A DNA stretch of 59,672 bases, counting the filler, from Sphacelaria rigidula (lineage: Eukaryota), in assembly GCA_964200075.2 (NCBI GenBank). It is 8 parts of 8 records of this genome, joined end to end, with 100 filler letters (N's around TTAATTAATTAA, not from the genome) between each part and the next. Parts side by side here need not be neighbours in the genome. Positions count along the whole stretch, not along the records: positions 44,831 to 52,201 come from CAXNAA020015213.1; positions 52,302 to 59,672 come from CAXNAA020015214.1; 6 more parts are not named here. One strand, 5' to 3'. Below, piece by piece: positions 50,114 through 59,672 of the stretch. The notes beneath the pieces are model-generated. The model saw only the letters and a program-made list of their open reading frames with translations, ran no database searches and was not told the DNA's origin. The translations under genes were made by a program, and so were the position numbers. Within the stretch, counting starts at the first letter, position 1, and each line of letters starts with the position of its first letter.

Positions 50114-53100
50114 CTTCTACAAAGCACGCAAACCACAGCGAATTGAGTGATTATTTTGTTGATTGTCGCACATCAACTGATCATTACCCACAGGAGGGAC
50201 CCAGGCGTGGTCACAAGATAGACGTATCCATCGTGAACAAAATGGAGACACGCTGAAAAAAAGTGAACGAAGCAGGAATGTATAACAGAGTAGACGTGAA
50301 GAAAAAGGAGAGGGAAACCCCCCCCCAAGAAACAAACAGATGAAGAAAAAACTAGAAATGGTCGGCCTCTGCAACATGGCAAGGATCGGACAAATAATGA
50401 TTCGTCTGGTAATTACTTGGTTTTAGTATCCTGAGTCGCCTCGTGGCGAATCAATTCCTAGGCTTTATTTCAGCGTTGCAACCCAGGTACACGTAGCCCA
50501 GACGCGTGGAATGGCGCAAAAGTTGCGTCGATACNNNNNNNNNNCTTGGACCAGCGATCAACGTTTTTCTCCCTTTTGAGCAACCAGGCCGAAGAATTCG
50601 TGAATTTGGTGATTTCGAGTCGTGATGATTTGTCCTAACCGTGCAACATGGCCTCAGGTGGAAAAGGTTTGCACCAAAACACATGCACTCATATCCAAAC
50701 GAAAACCAAAGAGCTGTGGGAAAACATTGCAGCTCAGCTGTTCGGATCATATTATTTTGGGCATGGGCTCTCACACTCATGAACCCTTCGCGAGCGAGGC
50801 ACCAAAACTGCGACTCGCATACACCGGGAGGAAAGAACACACTTCGTAGAGAGATGGGACGAGAAAGGCACGAAGGAGGAAAAGGAAAATACAGGAGTGA
50901 TGAGCCCATAGACGCAGAACAGTACAGCAGGTACAGATGCACACAACCAGGTTAACCACAAGGTCACTGACCAAGGACGAAATTTACAACCGATAGGAAA
51001 GGGGAGGGGCACATTAGTCTTCAAATTAACTCAGCTTCCCCACTCATCCCCAGTCGGGCACACAGCGAAACATTCTCCAAGACATTTTCACGCCTAATTC
51101 CTCGTGTGCTGTTGCTATCGAGGGCTGCCGAGGGGAAAAAAAGAAGAGACAAACCCGACGAACTGTAAGGAGCGGCTAAAGTGTAAGAATCGATGGTGAA
51201 ACGGCGTCTGGCTCGTCAATCTTTCCAGGAGGCCGGGAATATCTGGGTGCACCCTCTCTTTCGTCGTTCGGTTAATCAGAGCCCGATTCCCCAAGGCCAA
51301 CTTGAAAGCTCATGCAGATTCCACATGAAATGACCTACTCGTACACCAATATTGGTGGAGGGGTATGTGTTGCTACGAATCCTGTCTGTGGTCGATTCAG
51401 AAGCTTGTCCTGCAGTAAAATCGCGCGTTTTATAGACAGAATTGCACACAGGTAGGAGGCATTGCGCGGCAACATCCGCGCTCGCTGCTCGAGTTGGATC
51501 TTCTCCCAAATCAATGGCTTGTCCGACCCAGAAACCACAGTAGTATTTGGCTTGTTCCTACGAACTGCATGTGCCAGCCTGAACACAGATGTGGCACTTA
51601 ATCTGGATTTCGCGTCAGTTTAGATAGTTGTGCCTTGGATTTTGGTATAAAGTATCCCAAGGGCAAGATGAAAATAACCACTTACTTGGCAAGTTGAGAC
51701 TTTTGTTCATTAGTTGAGGGCAATTGACAGTATCCACGCTTCACTAGGACGTCCTGAACCCAACGAAAACAAAGCTTGATGTCCGAAATTAAATCTTTTT
51801 CGTCCGCCCTTGCTATACTCCGAGCCAATTTTCCAAGCAGCACAACTCGCATAAGTGAGACGCGAAATGCAGTCTTGTCCTCCGTGCAATAAATTCAATT
51901 TTGTATGGGATCCTAGCGCGCCAAGTCTCTCAATAGATGATGAATTAGCTCAAGGTCAGGAAGGCGAGGGCATTGGTCGTTTCCACGTATTATACCACAA
52001 GAAATGTTCACACCAAAATCCGACGTCATCCGCTGTACATGTTTTCGGGGGTTTTGTGCAGACTTTGGTATCGAAATACTTCCGATAAGGGGTGTAATCA
52101 ACACGGGCCTTACAGACTGGAAAACAGTTCATACCCCCCCCCCCCCCTCAGGGGTGGTCGAGAATGAGGAAAATCGAACAATGGTGTCCACAAACCGGTT
52201 TNNNNNNNNNNNNNNNNNNNNNNNNNNNNNNNNNNNNNNNNNNNNTTAATTAATTAANNNNNNNNNNNNNNNNNNNNNNNNNNNNNNNNNNNNNNNNNNN
52301 NCGAAGATTTTAATCCTCCGGGTTCTCATCCTCAATCAAAAGCATCATCCTCAACATAGATGATTGGCTGTTTCAGGGAAAGCACGGATTTTGAGTTGAA
52401 CCTCATTTTATTTTCCAACCCCCATTTTCGAAAATCGGCTGTTCGTTGTAGATACAGACTCTCGTGCACTCGCAGGAGGAGTGCAGTAGGGTAGGATGAA
52501 GTTGCGCCCACACGTGAGGCAATCCTCTCGCGCATGCAAACATCGCAAAGTGTGAAAAAGTGAAGATGGTTTCAATGTTTGACCTCGTGTTGAAAGACAA
52601 TCTCTTAAAAGGTGAGCGGGTGTAGAGAGAAGACCTGAGAGTATACTGAAATAATCAGCGAAATGGCACCAAAAAAAACACAGTAGTAATAGAAATGGCG
52701 GGCCTCGGCAACATCGCTACATGTGGAGAAGGTCTTGCGCAAAAGCACGCGTGATGTGATGGGGGAAAATACAGAGGAGGCGCCGTGATGAAGCCGGGAA
52801 CTGCAGCATATGAAGCCGATAGCTGTATAGTGTATATACAGCTACCTTTTGTCATTTTCTCGAATCATTGAAACATGAGAATGGGGCAGGAGGTACCTAC
52901 CTGTGTTAATAGTATGGCCGGCGGGAATTCATGAAATCATCGGTCGAATATGTCACGAAAAACGGGAGAGTCAAGTTGCGCCGCAATGTGGTGTTTTTGC
53001 TTCCGGGACATCTCACATTTCCTAGACATTACGTGATTGCAGATCTGCACGTCTGATGATGATTGCATTCGGCCGAACATGCAGTAGATCACCCAGGAAG

Positions 53101-53688
53101 ATGGGAGGTCCATTGATAGTACACCGGTATACCCTATCAAGAGCGGCAAGGAATACGGTAGATAGCACCGCGTCGCGTTTTGCCAACAGCAGCAGGACTT
53201 TCAGCAATGCGACGGCGTTTGAGCCTGGGCAGTATCAGCCGGTCAGTGCGCGTGTAGAAGTATGGTATGCTACTCATTTGTGGACCAGTCTTGTCCTTTC
53301 TTGTCTAGTGCCTCAGCTATATGGGACGGGTGGTGCGCACTGGTCGGTTCCTTCCACTGTAATACGCTGTATGAAGACTGCGGTAAATACTACGGAGTGT
53401 GTGTGATGGATCACCCCAGCAGGGCAAAACCGCAGATGCAGATGCTGGTGTCGCGAGTGGGAGGGTGTCAATGTTTGCTTTAGAGCGCCCACACGGTCAA
53501 TGGTGGGCTGTATGTGATGGTGTCGAGTCATCATGCCTGCTCGGACCCAACAAATACAAATTCACTCTACCGTGCCAGACAGGGTCGTGCAGCACTATAG
53601 AATAACTGCAACAACATGTTCAAGTTGACCTTCAACTACAAGTGATACTGTACCTTGAAGGAGATGACAGTGCAGCATCGTGCCGCAG

Positions 53689-53785
53689 GTGGTTGCTCGC
53701 GGTAACAGACGGATTGTGAGCAACAACGTACCACTGCAAAAGAGCCAGCTTCAATCGTTACTCATGTATGCTGATGCTGTATTCC
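53689..53785 (+). CDS. Candidate isolated exon (VVARGNRRIVSNNVPLQKSQLQSLLMYADAVF)
   Basis: gccgcag| acceptor, |gtgagt donor and an open frame. No homology recognised. Confidence 0.3.
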
Positions 53786-56700
53786 GTGAGTGTCTTCAGT
53801 CAGGTGACCTCGTGCGAACGCTGATGTCTACTTCTATATATAAGTATCTCCCGATCGATCCCCACTCCCCCACCCCCCACCCCCACCTCCACCCCCCCTC
53901 TCGCGACAAAACCGTATTCCGTGCAGTCTAAATACCAACACTACGTGCCCGCTCTTTTCTCAAGAACGTCACCATTGTCAGTGTGTGTAAGTCGAGATTG
54001 TTGCAGCAGTGCAGACAGTAGCTGCACGTAGCGGAAGTTCTCGATCGACCGCGCCCTTGCATGTCAAACTCCCGGTCGATTTCACAGAGAGTACGTCATG
54101 AGAAAGGCATGCATTGTCTCTTACTGCAGTTTTGAACGCCATACTCGCTCAGGCAGCATAATTCTGTCATCCATTCGCGCGAGGTGCCCGGTCACTTGCT
54201 TGGCAAAGGACAGAAAAATCGCGCAGTGGTTGTGTGCACTGGCTACTTCTCAACTGTCATACGTTAGCCTTTCCCCTTTCTCGAGCTTCCTGCAGTTTAC
54301 TCTCGCTTATTTACGTTATATGTCTGCATTGTCACTTCGCCTAGAGTCCGAGCGGATCAATTCATGTGCAGCAATCATCGAGCAATTATAGCTTGCTACA
54401 AGAACCTTCGAATGAAGTTTGATACCCCCATGCGATGGTTTGTGATAAAGAAGGAACCTCATTGTATAAACGCGTTGCCGTACGCATATAGCTTTCTCGT
54501 ACGATCGGTGTCGCCGCGGCGTCTGTCCATTCAGTAAACTAACGATTCGCCCCGTCTGCCCATGGTCATTTTTGCTCTGATAACAACAAATAACTACGTA
54601 GTCCTGAAAAAAATGGCGATTTTTCGCGCAAATAAGTAGTTCATTCCCTCGAATTGTCGCGCGCGGCCGCGTGAACCATTTCCGCTGCTTTACCTGAATG
54701 TTGGCACAGTTAACTTTGAACCAAGAATCCGTGAGAGTTGGCAGAGAGACAAACGGTTGAAAAAGAGAAATATGAAGCGAAAGTTCGCACAGCATTTGTT
54801 TTCTCTCCAACGGAAAGTATCAGGGCCGAGTTTTCGTTTCTACATGCAAAGTAAATGTATCCAAAACTCTGCTAAGGGTTGTCGTTCCAGTCATGTATCG
54901 TTGCCGAAGTTTTCGTAAGCCTGGGAACGTCTGTTCATGTGTTCTGCACCGAACCACAGCTGCTTCGGGGTAATGTCAGATTTGTTTTGCCCTTCGTGGT
55001 GCAGAAGGTGATCGATTGCGATGCATCGTGTAAGGTTACTTTAACAGTCAGGTGTAAATTCAGCACAGAGGTCGCCCTTTCGGCGCCGAGCCCAAATTCA
55101 TGAATATGAGATGTGTGCATAGCGTCTCAACATGCAATATATTCCGTCAGGCAGCCACTACACACACCAAGCTGCATACTGCGCAAGCGCGATCGTAGTC
55201 GCTAATCTAGTTACTTGTGTAGAGGGTTCGAATCGCCTTCGACTGTTTTTTTTACTTGAAATGTGTGTAGGTGAGCACCGTCTTCGAATCATATTCGAGT
55301 CGGCCTGCTGGGTGCTGACCCCTCTCTGGCCGTAGCCCGATTTCGACTGTAGAGATCCAAAATGGGCCATGACTAACCCCAATCGCAGCGTAATCGCGAA
55401 ACTGTCCATTGTTCGGACACCCGCTCTCGCCACCCAAAAATCGTAACACGGCGCAGATGAGGTCGTTGCATCGATTTTCTCTCTACCTCACCGCCCTAAC
55501 ACATCACCTGGGATTGCACAGCGTCACGTGATAAAAACTCTATGTCGAACTCAAACCCAAACGGGACAATCGAAAAATGGCCAAGTTCTAGGTGTTCAAT
55601 GAAAAGTAAGCATTTTGACGGCGGCTACTTTTTCATCGTAGCGTGGTGTTGCGCGCAGTACTTCACGTACGGTCATTTTGAGGATACGTACGGAAAGGCC
55701 TGGGCATGATGAGCAGACAGGTATAATTGTGAAGGTCGACGCGGTTTAGTGCCACGAGATGGAAGCATGACAATACACTCGAAACCAAGTGGGGTCAGCC
55801 GAAAAATGCCGAAATCCTATTTGTTAGCGAAAAATGGGCACGTCGCTGGCGACTGCTGTTCCATCGGAGCGTGATATTGGACGCTATACTGAACGTCGAA
55901 TTATGCCGAGAGTATGTACAGAAAGGTCAGAGCACGGTGAGGACATGGATATAGATATCATGCTCGAGTCGGCTTCGGGTCGCGAGAACGCCGCACTACC
56001 GTCAACCTGACGTGTGAAACCTTCGGCGGGTGGTGTGCACTCTAAAAGCAAGTGGTGGGGCTTTCCCCTGATTTCCACTGGATCTTCATGGGCTAGAACG
56101 GCGTGTGGGATGCCTTCCCTCCACGGCAGCCTCACCGCCGCCGGTCGTATCTTGCATCGTTGTTGATGGGTTGGCGTGGTTTACACCTCCAGCGGCAAGC
56201 CACGTATATAGTCTGCATAACGCAGCAAACCACGTCTCTCGGGGTGCACGGCATCATGAGATTCAAGCACCACAGCAAGTTGTAGGCTATTCGATCCACA
56301 TCTCTCCTCCGTGTCACTCGGTTTGAGAACAAGAGCACAGTATACAATCTCAAAGCGAGATTTGAAGTAGTAAGTTTGGCGGTAGCGCTTCGGTCTCGTG
56401 ACACGAAGCCCCTCCGTACCTGTTCCATGCATCTATGTATTCACCGTGCCCTGAACTGCTTTTATATATCCTCAACACGATTGGGCGTTCAGTATAGCGC
56501 CCACTATCATGCTGCGATTGGATAGCACCCGCGAGCAACACGTCCATACGCTAACAAATAGGATTTCGCCGTTTCTCGGCCGGCCCCAATTGGTTTCGAG
56601 TGTGCTGTCGTGCTTCGATCTCGCGACAATAACCCTTTTCGACCATCATGCGTGTATCTACGTGGTCACCATGTCATGGCCTCCGCGTACATACTGTGTC

Positions 56701-59672
56701 CTAGGCATGATCATGCGTCAGTATCGCATTCATTATCATGCTGCGATGGAACGGTAACGCATCGGATTTGGCAATTTTTCGACCGTCCAATTTGTGTTTG
56801 TGCTTGATGCAGTGCTTCTATCTCGTGACGCCGTGCACCCCCAGAGAATTTCTGGCGGCGGTGAGACGCAGAGATCACCAACGTTGCAACCTCGTCTGTG
56901 CCGTGTTACGATGTGTGGGTGGTGGAAGTGGGTGGCCGAAAAGTGGAGAACAGTGCGATGACGCTACGATCAGGGTGAACCACTGCCCATTTTGCACTTT
57001 TACGCTCGAAATCGGACTGCGGATAGATGGGATCAGGACCTAGAACGCGGAATCGAACGTGATCCACTCTTCCTTTGATTTATTTATTTTCGCACAAGGT
57101 TGCCAACGTCCACGTACCTCACCTTTTCCCGTCGTGCGACTCCAAGCAAGTTCATGGTACGGCAACGGATAGTAGTTCTACGCACGACAGTGTGTTTTTT
57201 GTGCTGTACAGTCGTACCGTGCTGCAGTATGTTGCGGGTTACGAACCTAACCTCATGGCTACACGAACCAACAGCTTTGGTTGTGGGGTTAGCTACTAGA
57301 AGGTGTGATCCCACCAACACTGTGTAATATTCACCGTGCCGACTTCGCCTCGGCTGGGATTTTAAATCTTGGATAGCAGTTGATGTGAATGCAAGACATC
57401 TCCAGCTCTTCTTGATTGTTTGAAGTCCCCAAACTTCTCTTGCTGGATTTTTCCGCTGACGGTCCCACAAGGTAGTTTTTGTAGGCGTAAATAGACGCCG
57501 AAGGGACGTGGGCCCTTGGCGGAAGTGACGCGAAATGCAATGATTTTGCCATCAGGCCTGCAGCAGCGTTTTATCATCATTGAGCGAGGCGGGTGCCCTA
57601 TTTTGTCTTCCGTATATCATTTAGCTCTGAGTACCGTCGCGCTCAGTAGTGTTGGAGCGATGCCACACTTTCGCTACCAAGTTGCTGTCGAAGCATTCAA
57701 TGACGGAGGCCTGAATGCTATGGCGCGCGGATATCGTGGATCATGCACGAATATGGCTGTAACGCGCAGCGTGTATGTGGCAGCCGCTTTTCTGGGGGGG
57801 GCGTTGTCTCTTTACCAAAAACAGCTATTCCGAACCCATTTCAAAGGCTGGCCTTTCTTATTCCAACTCGGGACCCGGACGCTGAAGAAGATTGATCCTG
57901 TAAGCGCGACTCTACTTCCAGAGCAATGTGGTTGTCTGACACCTTTGGTGAAAATACGGGCGGCACGGAGGGGGGGATGTTGTGAGAAGCATAGTAAAAT
58001 CAACACACATATATATATTATATATATATATATCATAGACTACCCTAAGGTCAAGATAATCCTACATTGACCACTCACTCGTTATTAGGACAGCCGTATA
58101 TCGACTTTCGCGGTACGTTGAGATTCGAGCAAGATTCGAGCAAGCTTTATAACGTACGTCCAACATCACATCAACCCCGTGCCCCAGTTCAACCGCTGGT
58201 TTGTGATCCACGGTATCGTGCATATTTTCAGTAGAGCACCACTAAGAGCAGCAGAGGCTGTCGGTGTAACAGTACAGGGTAGCGCCGGCAGTAGGCGGTG
58301 ATGTGGAGTGAGTTGGTGGATGGTACAGTGCAGCAACTGATTTGCTTGTTCTGCATCTTGTGGCCGACGGGCTCGCACGTGACTGAATGGCAAATGTTTT
58401 TTTGTTGTGACCAACGCGAGAAACCTTCACAAGAGCGAGAGTATCACCTAACTGCCCTCGGGGTGTTCGGGAAAAATTGATAAAGCTACGGCTGTTCCCT
58501 ACGACGGAACGATTGTACCGGCGCTCAATGGCTTATACATGCACACGACACGCCATGTTTATACCAACGCAGTCATGGATAACATCAAGTGTGGAATAAG
58601 TCAGCCACAGCATAGACTAACAGCGAGGGGGTATGTTGATATATTGCATACAAGTGCATCCCCTCCACGACATTCTCTAGCTGGTGTTGTGAGAAAAAAT
58701 ATTCCGCACCCCTCTGTCCAGTGCTTGATCCGGCGATGATCTGCGGCGTCCCGCGGTAAAACGGGAAATCCTAAGCAACTATTTCCTCCCTTCATCGACG
58801 GGTCAGATGCCTCCCTATATTTGAATCAGCATAGTAAGACGTGGTGAAGGAAAGTAACGAATACGAGTAATGGCCGCGAAGAGCACGAATTGTGCGCATA
58901 CACGACAAGCTGTGCCCCGCACAAAAGCAGGTCCCCTGTAGTCTCCCCAGCCATCCAACTGCAATGCTGCAGCAGAATTCGTCGGTTGGTAGTCTATGAT
59001 CTCTAATACACAATCGTAAGTTTTCGAAGGATCCAGTTGCCTTGTACATCGCGAGACATTGCTACATGGCCATTAGCACATTCAGGGCGTATTCCCAAGG
59101 GGTACGACACCCTCAGCACGATGAATGAGAGCAGTGATTCAGTGAGGGTCCCATCCTCAAAACTTGCGAGGCACCAGGAACAGCTCTGTTACGCACTCAG
59201 CGGTATTTTGTCACATGTGAATGACCCGTCAAATGATACGCCTTGCTCTCAACACGCACATCACCATTAGTGACTTCAACAGTCAGGGAGGTGACGTTGC
59301 TCGGCTGGACACAAGGTTTGTTCGGAATCGATTTTTGTTCTGATTGTGTCCGCCGTACATTTGGGGGGTTTTTGCATCTCGGCCCTCGCTTAGTGAAAGG
59401 GATATCGGGTTTTGACGGCGAGTAGTCAGGACACATGCATCTTGTAGTGCACGGGTTTCGATGGCGAGTACCCAGGTCACATGCATCTATCTCATAGTGC
59501 ATGCACAACGTGCTGTTCACTATACAGTATCGTTGGCAATCTATTGTGTCGTACATGCGAGTATAGACGAGATGTCGATGGTACAAGCAATGACGGGATG
59601 GTGAAAATCAATCCGATAAAATCTTTGCTTTTTAGAAAGTGTCCAAGTGACACGGTTCGTGTTGGGTCATAC

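Noticed and set aside
51115-53250. Protein-like ORF fragments (IWEKIQLEQRARMLPRN..., LLLRVHESLYLQRTADFRKW...)
   Set aside because: Short, interrupted and with no recognisable family; possibly decayed TE or gene fragments.
57516-58070. 184-aa plus-strand ORF
   Set aside because: No domain, no clear splice boundaries, and it runs into a (TA)n tract.

Overview
Eukaryotic, intron-rich and repeat-dense scaffold with seven 100-nt assembly gaps (N44-TTAATTAATTAA-N44) and one short N run at ~50535. Repeat types and splice style suggest a brown alga or other stramenopile (inference). Main content: (i) a decayed Ty3/Gypsy internal region (7473-14844, minus); (ii) a LINE RT remnant interrupted by a decayed Ty1/Copia element with one LTR (22997-28329, minus); (iii) many non-autonomous DNA-transposon/MITE-like elements, tRNA-derived SINEs and minisatellites; (iv) a five-exon, phase-consistent host gene (about 45308-50113, plus) resembling the C-terminal half of CCAR1/DBC1-family proteins, with an EF-hand-like region; (v) a few orphan exons near the start. 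The most unusual structure is a 944-bp element with terminal inverted repeats (28330-29273). It carries about 18 units of 42-43-bp period: conserved palindrome CAATATATATTG, 6 variable nt, conserved CAATAT, then 18-19 unique nt. This repeat/unique-spacer array has a CRISPR/TIGR-like layout, but no associated protein gene is visible in the window.
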